DNA of 64,000 bases from an uncultured Bacteriovoracaceae bacterium (GCA_964012805.1 CAXGUD010000004.1:1-64000), one strand, 5' to 3'; counted from the first letter of the stretch, positions 10,344-20,840 are shown. Program-made: numbers and translations. The notes: a model not told the origin generated them from the sequence alone.

Positions 10344-13300
10344 ATGAAGTTTAGAAACGTTTCTGTTGCTAGAAAAATTATCGTATACTTTATACTGAGT
10401 AGTTTTGCTATTGCAATGATTGGTACGACTGTTTCTTTGATAAGGGATTTTAACCTCTACAAAATAGCAATTAAAGAACGTTTCAATGAAATAGAAAGTA
10501 GTCATATCCCTTCCCTTGCTACTTCTCTATATGTAGAGGATCTACCACAAATAAAAAATAATCTTGACGGGATTTTAAGTGTTCAGGATATGAGTTATCT
10601 CGAGGTAACGTTGGATGATGACCCTGAAGATGAAATTGCTTTTAAAAGAGGGGAAAAGAACAAGGGGAATGTTTTAAATCACAAGATTCGAGTGGTTTAC
10701 ATTAATCCAAATCAGCCAGATGATCCTCCGGAGCCTTTAGGCTACATATTAATCCAGGCAAACCTCTCGGGTGTTACTAATAAAATAAAAAATCAAATTA
10801 TTATATTTGTTATTATCCAATTATTTCAGTTTATCCTCGTTTCCTTCATTATGTATTCTATTTTTAAAAACCTAATTTCTAAACACTTAGAAAGAATGAG
10901 TAATTATGCGGAGTCTATTGATCTCGTGGACCTTTCCGGACCTGAATTGAAACTGGAAAGGGCAAGTGTTATGGAAAAAGATGAGTTAGACAATGTTGTT
11001 CTTTCGTTAAATAAAATGAAGGAAAAGCTAAAATCATCTCATGAACAGCTTAAGGATTACTCTTTGAATCTTGAGAATAAGGTTAGAGAAGCAACTGAGG
11101 AAATTGAGTCAGAAAAAAATAAAGTCGATGACCTTTTAAATAATATGAAACAGGCAATATTTGTTGTTAATGAGGATCTTGTTGTTATACCCCCAGTTTC
11201 TCATTTCGCAACAAATGTTTTTGATGAAAATATCGTAGGTAAGAGCATATTTGACTCCTTATTTAAGGATTTTGATAAAAATTCGGAAACAATCGCTAAT
11301 TTAGAAAGTGCACTAACCTTGGTTTATGGTGATGATTATATTCAATTTGAATTGGTAGAGGAGCACCTACTTAGAAAAATAAATTATTATTCAAAAATTG
11401 CAGGTGTTAAGACATTGTCTATTTCATATACACCGCTTTTTAATGAAGAAGAGCTACTAGAACACCTCATGTTTGTTGTTGATGATATTACTGAAAAGGA
11501 AAAACTAGAAGCAGAAGTACTTTCTGAAAAAGAAACAAATCAAAAGAATATTTCAATAATTACAGAAATGGCTAAAGTGGATATAGAGGACCTTGAAATA
11601 TTTTTAGATAATGCAAAAGGAATCTTGCAAAAATCGATGATTTTAGCGAAATCAAAGCCAAACAAAGAAGAGGTAATACATGAACTATTCAGATTCCTCC
11701 ATACTTTGAAGGGTAGTGCAAGGGCATTTAATTTTGACTCAATTTCAAGCATAACCCATCTCGTGGAAAGCTCCGTAAGCGAAAAACTTGAGGTTATAAA
11801 AAGCGGAGGAACTTTAAGGAATAAGCATTTCGAGCCAATAATTGATAATCTTTATCTTTTAAGCCAAGAAGTTCTGGAGTACGGGAATTTGGCCAAAAAA
11901 GTTTTCAAAATAGAAAATGAGTTTGGAAAGAAAATTATAAATGATATTCAGAATTATATAGTGGATATAGAAAATTTTGTAAAAAAAGAAGTTACCACTC
12001 AGGAGCATTTCTTAGGCAAAACAGGGGCTTTTAAGAAGAGAATGCTGATTTATAAAAAGATACAAAATAGAAACATGGACTCGAACGTCCTGGAAAACTT
12101 AAGGCGTTCGACCCACTCTTTGAAGAGTTCCTTGAGGGCCAATTCTGGATTAATGCATTTAGGAGAAAGTGTACATACATTTGAGAAATCATTTGATTTA
12201 TTTAATCGAATGGAAAACACTACCTTGGATGATTTTACCGATAGCTTTGTGGAAAGCTATTTCTTCTTAAAAGACTCCTTACGGAGTAATTTTATACAAT
12301 CTCATTTGGGTTCATTTTACACGACTTATAAAGAAGACTGGGCCCAGGTATTTCTTAATTTTTTTAAATTTACAATGGCCTTTGATAAGAATGAAATGAC
12401 TGTTACAAGTAAAGGAAATTTTATTCTTGATGTGATTATAGGTCGTTGTGAAAAGTTAGGTCTCAATTTAATATTAAAGGAAGCAAGAGATTTAAAACTG
12501 CTTTTATTGAAAGATGAAAAAGATGAATCAGAAAAAGAGCTTATTACATCTATTATGAGCGATTTGTGGAATTATTTATTGCTTGTTTGCAAGATGGATT
12601 TTTACCAGTTGGAAAAGGGCAGTGAGCAAGAGATTCAGAATAAAACTTTGGAAAAAATTAGTTCTAGAGGAAGAGAAAGTGATCATGACTTTTGTAGGGG
12701 TTTACTCCAAGAATTTGAAATAAAGACTATTATATTATTGACACTAAAAAATGTTTTAGATGATGGTTATCTGGTAAATGACTTTTTTGAAGCATTTGGT
12801 GATTGGACCGGACATAAAAAATTAGACAGTTATGTAGATATCCTAGGAGTCTCTTCAGAAGACTCTAACCCCGACTTGAAGGGAATCCGGTCTTTATTGA
12901 AGACGAGTCATGTGAACAGACTTATTGTAGAAAAAATCTCAAATGATGTTAATGATCATGACCCTGTTGCCTCAATTTTGAAAAAGTTTTTTGAAGAGGA
13001 CTCTTACTACACGTATCTAAAATTTATAGATTTCCACCAACTTCTTTCGAGCTACCTGGCTACTGGCAGAGAAGAGGTACGTTTAAGGAAAGTTGAGATG
13101 TGCAGTGTAGTCATGAGGAATATTACTAAGCTGGAAGGACTAACTGAAAGAAGTGGTAGTCTTGATGAAATTAAAAAGGCAGTGAGGCGCCTAAAGGACA
13201 CATCAGTCATTCCTCTTTTAGGAAAGTTTAAAACGATGGTCCTGGATTTGGGAGAGAAGCTTAATAAAAGTGTTCTCTATGAAGTTAAGGGCAGCGAAAT

Positions 13301-13772
13301 ATCCATGAACAAGGATTCATTTCATATTCTTCAAGATGCTTTTGTCCATGTATTAAGAAACTCTATAGATCATGGAATCGAAACTCCTGAAGAAAGAGTC
13401 AAAAGTGGTAAATCCTCTAAAGGTAGGATTGAAGTTATCTGTTTTGATGAAAGTGATGATGACCTTAAAATTATAATTAAAGACGACGGAAGAGGAATTG
13501 ATCTGGAGAAAATTGCCAAAAAAGCTGCTGATTTAGGTCTTGTGAAGACTTCACAATTAGAGCAGATGTCACGAGAAGAAATATTCAATATTATTTTTAT
13601 GCCTACCTTCAGTCAAAGGGAAAGCGTTGATGAGTTGTCTGGAAGGGGTGTTGGTATGGATATTGTGAAAAAGAACTTAAATAGGCTTGGTGGTGATGTG
13701 AGTGTGAAGTCAGAAAAAGGGAGAGGGACCGAAATAACTTTAACCTTTAAACCAGGTGCGCCAGGAGCATAA
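10344..13772 (+). CDS. Membrane-anchored CheA-type histidine kinase (2TM sensor-HAMP-PAS-like-Hpt-Hpt-like-HATPase), no CheW domain
   Basis: Two TM helices, DELDNV HAMP motif, FRFLHTLKG and THSLKSS Hpt motifs, HVLRNSIDHGIE, DDGRGID, SGRGVGMDIV. Confidence 0.9.
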   Translation: MKFRNVSVARKIIVYFILSSFAIAMIGTTVSLIRDFNLYKIAIKERFNEIESSHIPSLATSLYVEDLPQIKNNLDGILSVQDMSYLEVTLDDDPEDEIAFKRGEKNKGNVLNHKIRVVYINPNQPDDPPEPLGYILIQANLSGVTNKIKNQIIIFVIIQLFQFILVSFIMYSIFKNLISKHLERMSNYAESIDLVDLSGPELKLERASVMEKDELDNVVLSLNKMKEKLKSSHEQLKDYSLNLENKVREATEEIESEKNKVDDLLNNMKQAIFVVNEDLVVIPPVSHFATNVFDENIVGKSIFDSLFKDFDKNSETIANLESALTLVYGDDYIQFELVEEHLLRKINYYSKIAGVKTLSISYTPLFNEEELLEHLMFVVDDITEKEKLEAEVLSEKETNQKNISIITEMAKVDIEDLEIFLDNAKGILQKSMILAKSKPNKEEVIHELFRFLHTLKGSARAFNFDSISSITHLVESSVSEKLEVIKSGGTLRNKHFEPIIDNLYLLSQEVLEYGNLAKKVFKIENEFGKKIINDIQNYIVDIENFVKKEVTTQEHFLGKTGAFKKRMLIYKKIQNRNMDSNVLENLRRSTHSLKSSLRANSGLMHLGESVHTFEKSFDLFNRMENTTLDDFTDSFVESYFFLKDSLRSNFIQSHLGSFYTTYKEDWAQVFLNFFKFTMAFDKNEMTVTSKGNFILDVIIGRCEKLGLNLILKEARDLKLLLLKDEKDESEKELITSIMSDLWNYLLLVCKMDFYQLEKGSEQEIQNKTLEKISSRGRESDHDFCRGLLQEFEIKTIILLTLKNVLDDGYLVNDFFEAFGDWTGHKKLDSYVDILGVSSEDSNPDLKGIRSLLKTSHVNRLIVEKISNDVNDHDPVASILKKFFEEDSYYTYLKFIDFHQLLSSYLATGREEVRLRKVEMCSVVMRNITKLEGLTERSGSLDEIKKAVRRLKDTSVIPLLGKFKTMVLDLGEKLNKSVLYEVKGSEISMNKDSFHILQDAFVHVLRNSIDHGIETPEERVKSGKSSKGRIEVICFDESDDDLKIIIKDDGRGIDLEKIAKKAADLGLVKTSQLEQMSREEIFNIIFMPTFSQRESVDELSGRGVGMDIVKKNLNRLGGDVSVKSEKGRGTEITLTFKPGAPGA

Positions 13773-13777
13773 CTTTC

Positions 13778-14905
13778 GTGAAGATGAATTATTTGCATCT
13801 AATATATGAAAAGGGAAAGAGAAGGAATAACTCTCTTCGAAAATTCCTATTAGATGAAATAAATCACACGATTCAATCAAACAGTAAAAGCAATAAGCTT
13901 ATAGATGCTATTCCTAGTAAGTTATCGAATGATTTCTTTTCTAGTGTCATTGTCTATTTAGATTTGGATGAGTTTGGTTTTAAATCCCTTCATAACCTTA
14001 TTTTAAAAATAGTAAATAATAAAAATATTAGAGGAATTATTTGTTTTGGCTCAAAAAAGTCCGGGGTGCTATTTGATAAACTGAATGAAAAATTAAAGAA
14101 AAACCTTATTTATCTTGCGGACCCTTTAAACTCTTCAACTTATAGAAGTGTCCTTTTTAATCTTTTAGAAAAAAAAGACTCTGGATCACCTCAATCTGTT
14201 AGATCCAAGGGTGGGGAAACCAAAGAGAGCATTTTTTTTAACAAACTACCTTCTATTAATATTGGAGTAAAATCAATTCTTTATGATGTAAGAAACACAA
14301 TTAATGGTATTAAAGTACTAGGTGATCAGGTCTCAGGCAGTACGGCAAAAGAGTCATTTATGCAAAAAGGTATCTATTGCTACTGCGATGATTTCCTGGC
14401 GCTATTGTCAGATATAATAGGGACGCCAGATAGTTTATTTAGTCAAAGAGAGTATAATTTCTCTGTAAAAAGTATCTTCGAATATATTTTGGAAAAATAT
14501 GAAAAGATATTTGGTGTTTTAGACGTTGTGATCACTTGTGAAGAGAACATTGATAAAGAAGTTTATTTAGATAATTATTGGTTGAAGAGGATTTTGAGCT
14601 ATCTCGTGACAAGCTGTCAGAGGGAGTTAGTTTCCAAGGAAGTTAGTAATCCAAGTATGCATTTAAGCTTTGAAGAGAAAGAGGGTCTTTATATTTTTGT
14701 CCTTAAAACAAATTATACATCGACCTCTAATAAGGAAATTGAAGAATTATTCAGCATGTTCGATTTTGATGAGGGTAAAGACCGGTCTGGCCTAGGGTTT
14801 CTTATGCTCAAAGAATTTCTTAATTCCTATCAAAGTAAAATTGACGTCTTAAAGGGGTCTTCAGGATTGCTCTTTAGAGTTGAGATACCGAATAAATCCA
14901 AATAG
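13778..14905 (+). CDS. Degenerate receiver plus histidine-kinase-like protein (probable pseudokinase)
   Basis: ILYDVRNTINGI resembles an H-box with His replaced by Tyr; N-box Asn residues absent; SGLGFLMLKEFL G2-like box. Confidence 0.55.
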   Translation: MKMNYLHLIYEKGKRRNNSLRKFLLDEINHTIQSNSKSNKLIDAIPSKLSNDFFSSVIVYLDLDEFGFKSLHNLILKIVNNKNIRGIICFGSKKSGVLFDKLNEKLKKNLIYLADPLNSSTYRSVLFNLLEKKDSGSPQSVRSKGGETKESIFFNKLPSINIGVKSILYDVRNTINGIKVLGDQVSGSTAKESFMQKGIYCYCDDFLALLSDIIGTPDSLFSQREYNFSVKSIFEYILEKYEKIFGVLDVVITCEENIDKEVYLDNYWLKRILSYLVTSCQRELVSKEVSNPSMHLSFEEKEGLYIFVLKTNYTSTSNKEIEELFSMFDFDEGKDRSGLGFLMLKEFLNSYQSKIDVLKGSSGLLFRVEIPNKSK

Positions 14906-15184
14906 TGATTTTGCTATGCATTTTCTTCATTCATTTAATTTTGTTTAAACTTGGGACGAAAGAACTCCTTTTAAGACAGGGCTTTTGTTTAAAAAATTAA
15001 TTAAGTTAAAAAAATGTTAAATAAAATTAATAGGTTGTAAAAGGAGTTTTTGTTTCTTAGAATGACCTTGAAGGTAAAGACTTAAAAACCGGTTTTACTG
15101 TGTACGCAGAAGGACATCAGGGAAAGATTTTCTGCAGGTTTTGAACTGCTCTCCTACTGCCCAAAACGATAAGCGAGGTTTTTC

Positions 15185-15895
15185 ATGAAACGTTTGATGA
15201 CCCTCTTTTTTATCTTGATGGTGACCTCTCCAGTATACAGTTACACATTTCAGAGCGCGAAGCAGTGGGCCTTTAGTATATATTATAATCATAGAAAAAC
15301 ATTCTACTGTGATTGTCATTACTCCACTACGGGTAAGGTCAAGGCCGGCCAATGCGGTTTCTCGTCGAATAAAAATTCAGAAAGAGCGAATTGGATAGAG
15401 TGGGAGCATGTCGTTCCTGTTTCTCACTTCGGTAAATCCTTCAAGGAATGGAGGGGTGGTCATGAAGATTGCCAGGGCGGAAATGGAAAAACTTATAGAG
15501 GTCGGCGTTGCTTAAGAAAGGTATCGCAAAAGTTTAAAGAAATTGAGGGAGACCTTTATAACCTTGTTCCTGTCATCGGTGAGTTGAATAATGCAAGGTC
15601 TAATACGAAGATGGGCACGGTTCACGGTGAAAAAAGGCTTTTTGGAAAATGTGACTTTGAAGTTTCAAGAGGTTTCATTGAGCCTAGGGATGAAATTAAG
15701 GGCGATATAGCCCGAACCTATTTTTATATGGATTACCGTTATCCTGGTTTTAAAATTATCGGGCCTAGAGAAAGAAAGATGTTTGAGAAGTGGGATGAAC
15801 AAGATCCGATTGATTCATGGGAAAGAGAAAGGGCATGGGAGATATATGAAATTCAAGGCAACCCAAACCCCTTCATTTTGGGCTTTGATAATTAA
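15185..15895 (+). CDS. endA: Secreted endonuclease I (EndA/Dns family)
   Basis: TFYCDC, IEWEHVVP, DLYNLVPVIGELNNARSN, KGDIARTYFYM, QGNPNPFI; signal peptide. Confidence 0.95.
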   Translation: MKRLMTLFFILMVTSPVYSYTFQSAKQWAFSIYYNHRKTFYCDCHYSTTGKVKAGQCGFSSNKNSERANWIEWEHVVPVSHFGKSFKEWRGGHEDCQGGNGKTYRGRRCLRKVSQKFKEIEGDLYNLVPVIGELNNARSNTKMGTVHGEKRLFGKCDFEVSRGFIEPRDEIKGDIARTYFYMDYRYPGFKIIGPRERKMFEKWDEQDPIDSWERERAWEIYEIQGNPNPFILGFDN

Positions 15896-16101
15896 AGTCC
15901 ACCTCAAGTGTCGCCTAGTGTTGCAGATAAGATCCAATTAAAATGAAAGAATAAGTCTTTCTCTGTCTATTTAAGTCAAAAATTTTTAAGCGTTTCAGCT
16001 TCTTTTTCAGTCAAGTTAAGAATTCTCATCAAAGTTCGATAAGCAAAATAAGTTTTTGGCCTTAAACTTTATCTCTTGAAAGCTTTTTTGAGAATACGAT
16101 T

Positions 16102-16542
16102 ATGAAGGAAAGTAAGGAAAATGACCCTCCTCTACCGACGAGCTTGAGCTTAACGGTTGAAATGGGGGAGTTTGTAAAAGATCTATTCAAGTTATTAACT
16201 TTTGTTTTTATTTATATTCTAAGATATTTATTCTTTAAAAAATCTTCAGAAGAAGTCCGGTCATTTCTTCATCTTTTTGGTGAGGACTTATGTTTCTCCT
16301 TTGGAAAAAGCCTCGTTATAGTCCTCGGTATTACCTCTTTTTTTGTCAGCGGAATAGGGGCCGGTAACTTTTTTTTTTCCTCATTTGGAAGCTTTGTCCT
16401 GATAAATCTTTACCTCATATTTTTTAGATTTAATGTTTACCTGAGGTGGCTGGCCTTTGTTGTTTTTTTTATCTTTTTCTTTTTGGAGGCATTCAATTTA
16501 AATTTCAATAGAGACAGGGAGGCAAGGCTTGAACCAGAATAG
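16102..16542 (+). CDS. Hypothetical membrane protein
   Basis: About 4 hydrophobic Phe-rich segments; overlaps the next gene. Confidence 0.6.
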   Translation: MKESKENDPPLPTSLSLTVEMGEFVKDLFKLLTFVFIYILRYLFFKKSSEEVRSFLHLFGEDLCFSFGKSLVIVLGITSFFVSGIGAGNFFFSSFGSFVLINLYLIFFRFNVYLRWLAFVVFFIFFFLEAFNLNFNRDREARLEPE

Positions 16543-16786
16543 TAAAAAAATTTTAAAAAAGACCGCCTCAATTTTTGGTCTTGTTATAGGTGTTATTTAT
16601 ATTTTGAACCCAACCTTTGGAATCTTTGAACTTATACCCGATAATTTGCCCTATATAGGTAATTTGGATGAAGCCTCAGCTGTTCTTCTCATTTTGGCAT
16701 GTATAAAAGAATTAAAAAAGAAGGAGGAAGGTGAGTCAGAGGAGCAAAGTAAAGAAGTGGGCAAAGGGTCAAAAATAGACGAATAG
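16529..16786 (+). CDS. DUF1232/YkvA family small membrane protein
   Basis: YILNP...LIPDNLPYIGNLDEA motif; GGAGG RBS before a TTG start. Confidence 0.85.
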   Translation: MNQNSKKILKKTASIFGLVIGVIYILNPTFGIFELIPDNLPYIGNLDEASAVLLILACIKELKKKEEGESEEQSKEVGKGSKIDE

Positions 16787-16824
16787 AGAGAAAATTAAAA
16801 AAAAATTTTAAAGAGGATACTTCT

Positions 16825-17235
16825 TTAATGAAGGTGTTGGACCTTAACTACGAGTCCCTCAGTGCCATTATTCGAAAAGGGAAGGATAAGAGGTAAGTGA
16901 CCGAAGTGTTCGAAGTCCAAAGGTCCAATAGTCATTTTTTTCTTTTCCGTTAAGCTCGAACCTTCTATTTTCTGATTCCAAACGATAAAAGTCGTTTCTT
17001 CTTTTACAAAAACAAAACCCTCAACCTCATTTTCAGAAGTGATTTTTTGAAGAAGAGCAATAAGGTCCTTTAATTCCATTGTGGCCAACTTTTTTAAATT
17101 TGAGCCCCATCTTTATCTAGTGAATCTCTTTAGCAAGCTCTTTATCGCATTAAGCAAAGTAGGAGTACCTTTTCCACTTTTCCAGGATATCTTACAGTCA
17201 GCTACAATAATTTTGTTTTACAAAGAAACATTCAT
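16825..17235 (-). pseudogene. Hypothetical gene, possibly interrupted by two in-frame TAA codons (intact part 16825..17088)
   Basis: ATG at 17235 is in frame with the 87-aa ORF; the read MNVSL*NKIIVADCKISW...RFTR*RWGSNLKKLATMELK looks protein-like. Confidence 0.35.
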
Positions 17236-17457
17236 TACGTTTGTTTTTCTAGGTGCTTAATGGTTCACGCTTAAGAAGTAAATGGTAAAAATTAAAGTGA
17301 AAAGTGGCCTTTTTTGGTGATTTGGCATCTATTTGGGGCAAAAAACGAGTGGTTTTAACAAAAAAATTGAACTTCTTGACTGCCTAACTTTTTTTTGTTT
17401 AATAGGGTGAAAATAAAATTTATTTCCGAATCTACCTTATCTAAGGAGTACTGAGCT

Positions 17458-19230
17458 ATGAGCAAATTGCTGTCAGTTCTGTGTGCACTTATAGGGGTTT
17501 TGCATGCCCTGACTGGACAGGCTAAGCTTGTCCAAATTCTTCATACCAATGATCTTCACAGTTACCTAGAAAGCACTATCAAGGACCCTAAAAAGGGGGG
17601 GTACGCGACTCTTAAGGGCCTGATTGATAGAGAGCGCATGAGAGCATTAAAAAGCGGCATTCCAACGCTTGTATTAGATGCTGGAGACTTTCTTGAAGGG
17701 AATCTTTTTTTCCTTTCCGACGGTGGAAAGCAAGTTATGAAGGTTATGAACCAAATGGGTTATGATGCCGTAGTTTTGGGGAATCATGACTGGTTAATGG
17801 GCACACGCCAAATGGATAACTACCTTAAAGAAGTTTCTCCAAACTTTCCACTATTAGCAGCAAATTTTAGTGCTAAAGATAATTTCACTGTTATTCAAAA
17901 GACATTGAAGCCACAAAAAACATTCAATATTGATGGGATGAAAATCTCTATTTTAGGTCTTACAACGTCTGAGCTTTTTTATCGTTGGGCCAATGACCAA
18001 GGGAAGATTTCTTCTCCCATTAGGGCAGGGAAAAAGTGGGCCAAACGCCTTAAAAAAGATGGGAGTGATTTTGTTATTGCCCTGACTCACTTAGGTCTCA
18101 ATATCGATAAGGAGCTAGCAGAAAAGGCTGATTTGGACTTAGTTGTAGGGGGGCATTCTCATACAGCACTTTATGAGCCTGTGTTTGTAGATAAAAAAGA
18201 ACGTAGATCAAGAAGTAATGATAAAGATAATGACAAAGATGAAGACAAAGAAAAGGGTAATCGAAAACTTGTCCCAATTGTTCAAGCAGGGTCCCACGGT
18301 CAATATCTGGGGAGGTTAATTGTCGATTTAAAAAAGGGTCGTGATAAGGAACCAAATACTCTTAAAGTTTTGAGTTATAAATTACTTCCTGTCCTTAAAG
18401 AAAAGACAAGACCCAATTTAAAAGTTGATACTGAGGTTAAAAGAAGTCGAAAAAAGTTGGAGCGAGAATTTGGAAAGGAATGGCTTTTTGGAGAAATTGG
18501 TTATTCTGATACATCTTTAGAAATTTCATCAAGCCATCTTACCCCTCTTGGAGCTTACCTTGTTGGCGTTATGAGAGAAAGAGTTGGAGCTGATGTAGGT
18601 TTAGATAGCCCAGCTTTTTTTGGAACTTTTTTACCTGAGGGTCCATTAAGCCGTGCTAGCCTTTTTAATATTTACCCACGAATTTTCGGCCTGCAGGACC
18701 GTTTTGGATGGCATATTTGGAAGGCAAAAGTTAAGGGCTCTGTTTTAAAAAACTTCATTAAGTTTACAATGAGTTCGAAGATGCCAATTCTTTTTTCAGG
18801 TGTTCAATTTGATATTGTGGATAAAGATGGTGTTACTTTAACTCCAAAAGAGCTCATTAAAAAATTAGATGAAATTAATTGGGGAAAAACAAAGTACCCA
18901 AAAACGAAAGACTTTCTGATGTTTGGATTTGATAAAAAGTTCAAACTTAAAAACTTTAAAATAAATGGCGAGAAGCTTGAGAGAGGCAAGTATTATAAAG
19001 TAGCTCTAAGTGAAGGCTTTGCTGCAGGTTCTCTGGGGACAACTTCTGTTATTAAACTATTCTTAAAAGATATGGAGCCAACTCCTTTTACAATGTGGGA
19101 TACACTTTCTAAAGGAATCGAAAGACTTGGCTTTTTAACTCCTACTATTTTGAAAGATTATGCCTACGGATTATCATCAGATCATAAGGGTCCTTTCCTT
19201 TTCTTACCTGGAGCTGGAGAGGCTGAGTAA
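17458..19230 (+). CDS. Bifunctional metallophosphatase/5'-nucleotidase
   Basis: ILHTNDLH, LDAGD, LGNHD, LTHLG, VGGHSH, VQAG motifs; signal peptide; AAGGAG RBS. Confidence 0.93.
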   Translation: MSKLLSVLCALIGVLHALTGQAKLVQILHTNDLHSYLESTIKDPKKGGYATLKGLIDRERMRALKSGIPTLVLDAGDFLEGNLFFLSDGGKQVMKVMNQMGYDAVVLGNHDWLMGTRQMDNYLKEVSPNFPLLAANFSAKDNFTVIQKTLKPQKTFNIDGMKISILGLTTSELFYRWANDQGKISSPIRAGKKWAKRLKKDGSDFVIALTHLGLNIDKELAEKADLDLVVGGHSHTALYEPVFVDKKERRSRSNDKDNDKDEDKEKGNRKLVPIVQAGSHGQYLGRLIVDLKKGRDKEPNTLKVLSYKLLPVLKEKTRPNLKVDTEVKRSRKKLEREFGKEWLFGEIGYSDTSLEISSSHLTPLGAYLVGVMRERVGADVGLDSPAFFGTFLPEGPLSRASLFNIYPRIFGLQDRFGWHIWKAKVKGSVLKNFIKFTMSSKMPILFSGVQFDIVDKDGVTLTPKELIKKLDEINWGKTKYPKTKDFLMFGFDKKFKLKNFKINGEKLERGKYYKVALSEGFAAGSLGTTSVIKLFLKDMEPTPFTMWDTLSKGIERLGFLTPTILKDYAYGLSSDHKGPFLFLPGAGEAE

Positions 19231-19269
19231 GTTTTAGGCAGTTATAAAGCTTCTTGGTGTCTTTGGTCC

Positions 19270-19791
19270 TTAATAGCTCAAATTGAGTTGAATGCCGGGG
19301 GCACCACCTACACGTATAGGCTTAAGTTCCATTTTCCTATAATAAAATTCATCGATCCCAATTGAAAGAAGTGCACCACAGACAACATCAAATAAGGTAT
19401 GGTATTTTCCTTTTATTCGACTGTGCCCGACACTTGAGGCTATAAGTAATGCTGGTAGTGCATAAGTAGGTCCGTAATGCTTATAAAGAAAATTAACACC
19501 TGTAAAGGCAGATGCGGTATGCCCTGATGGAAACGAGTGATTACCTCCATTAGGTCTTTTAGCGTTAATAATTTTTTTTGTAAAATGAGTGATACCTTGA
19601 GTGGTTATGTAACTCTTTGCCAGAAGTTCGAGGCTTTTGTAATCCTTCTTGTACCAGGAAAACCCAAGTGACAAAAGTGGAACTGTGAATTGGTTATAGT
19701 CTCCCCACTTAGTATAGTCACTTTTGGCCAAAAGGTGTGAGGGCCAAAAAATAAAAATGATCACAATAACATTGATGCTCAAAATTTTCAT
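19270..19791 (-). CDS. PAP2 family phosphatase
   Basis: K..INAKRP, SFPSGH, SRI...YH...DV motifs. Confidence 0.92.
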   Translation of the reverse strand: MKILSINVIVIIFIFWPSHLLAKSDYTKWGDYNQFTVPLLSLGFSWYKKDYKSLELLAKSYITTQGITHFTKKIINAKRPNGGNHSFPSGHTASAFTGVNFLYKHYGPTYALPALLIASSVGHSRIKGKYHTLFDVVCGALLSIGIDEFYYRKMELKPIRVGGAPGIQLNLSY

Positions 19792-19802
19792 GGGCCCATT
19801 TT

Positions 19803-20840
19803 TTAAAAGGTTTTATTTAAGTAAAGTCCCATTGTTCCCCCTTTGGAGAAAATGGGCTTGACTTCAATATTGTCCCAAAAACCTTGATTTTTTCCACGGG
19901 TTTTTATGACCTTTTTTCCGTAATTGGCCGAGATTTTACCTATGAGATAGCCCATACCAAGCGCAAGGGGATAGTCACTGGCCCAATGGACTCCATTATT
20001 CATCATTTGATAACTAAGGAGTGTCAAAAGACCTGTTCCTACAGGGAGGAGCCAATAGCGGTGCTCGGGGTAGTTCTCTAACAATACAGTAAGAGTAACT
20101 GTAGATGTTGCAAGGTGCCCTGATGGGAAGGCATCGTATTTGGAAATATCTTTATTGTATTTATTTTGGTTAGGAAAAAACCTCCACTTTCCTCTTTTGT
20201 TAGATGCTCTATAAGGGCTTTCTCTTCCAGTCGTTCTCTTAAGAAATTGATTTAATAGTGTCGAGAAAAAGATACCGTGTAGTAAGTTACTACCTGTACT
20301 CATTGCCCTATAGTTATTTTTAAAAGATCCATAAAGAATATAAGAGAAGGTGATCGCCATATGAGTCCATCCATCTCCTATAAAGTACATAGAGGAGCCT
20401 ATATCAGTTGGCCCTCTAAAAATATTTAGTTTTCCAACTTTGATCATACTTCTTGTATGATCATCATTGCCAAGACCTGCTTTCCTACCGATTAGTTGGG
20501 CCCCATTTAAAAGCTCTCTATCATAATAATAGGTAAGAGCAGTCCAAGCTGTAATCCAAGCAAGCCCTTTAAGTCCTTCCGGTGAGACAGATTCTTTATA
20601 GAAGGTTTTAAAAGTGGTGGGAGTTAAAGTAATAAAGTCCCAGAATTTAGGTTTTTCAAATGAAAATGAATAATCATCATTAATTTTATGGAGCTGAAAA
20701 TCTTTTGAATCTTGTTTTTTTTGATTTAGTTTTTCTTTGCATAGAAGGTTGGATTGTGAGCATAAAATAGCACTTAAAATTATGAGATGAATGGTCTTTT
20801 TAAATAATTTTGGCGTTAAGCTGTTTCTGCCTTTAACCAT
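19803..20840 (-). CDS. PAP2 family phosphatase (divergent)
   Basis: KRTTGRESP, AFPSGH, HWASD motifs. Confidence 0.88.
   Translation of the reverse strand: MVKGRNSLTPKLFKKTIHLIILSAILCSQSNLLCKEKLNQKKQDSKDFQLHKINDDYSFSFEKPKFWDFITLTPTTFKTFYKESVSPEGLKGLAWITAWTALTYYYDRELLNGAQLIGRKAGLGNDDHTRSMIKVGKLNIFRGPTDIGSSMYFIGDGWTHMAITFSYILYGSFKNNYRAMSTGSNLLHGIFFSTLLNQFLKRTTGRESPYRASNKRGKWRFFPNQNKYNKDISKYDAFPSGHLATSTVTLTVLLENYPEHRYWLLPVGTGLLTLLSYQMMNNGVHWASDYPLALGMGYLIGKISANYGKKVIKTRGKNQGFWDNIEVKPIFSKGGTMGLYLNKTF

Noticed and set aside
14963..15180. 11-bp inverted repeat and GC-richer patch upstream of endA as an ncRNA
   Set aside because: Short stem in an AT-rich context and no recognisable RNA family motif.
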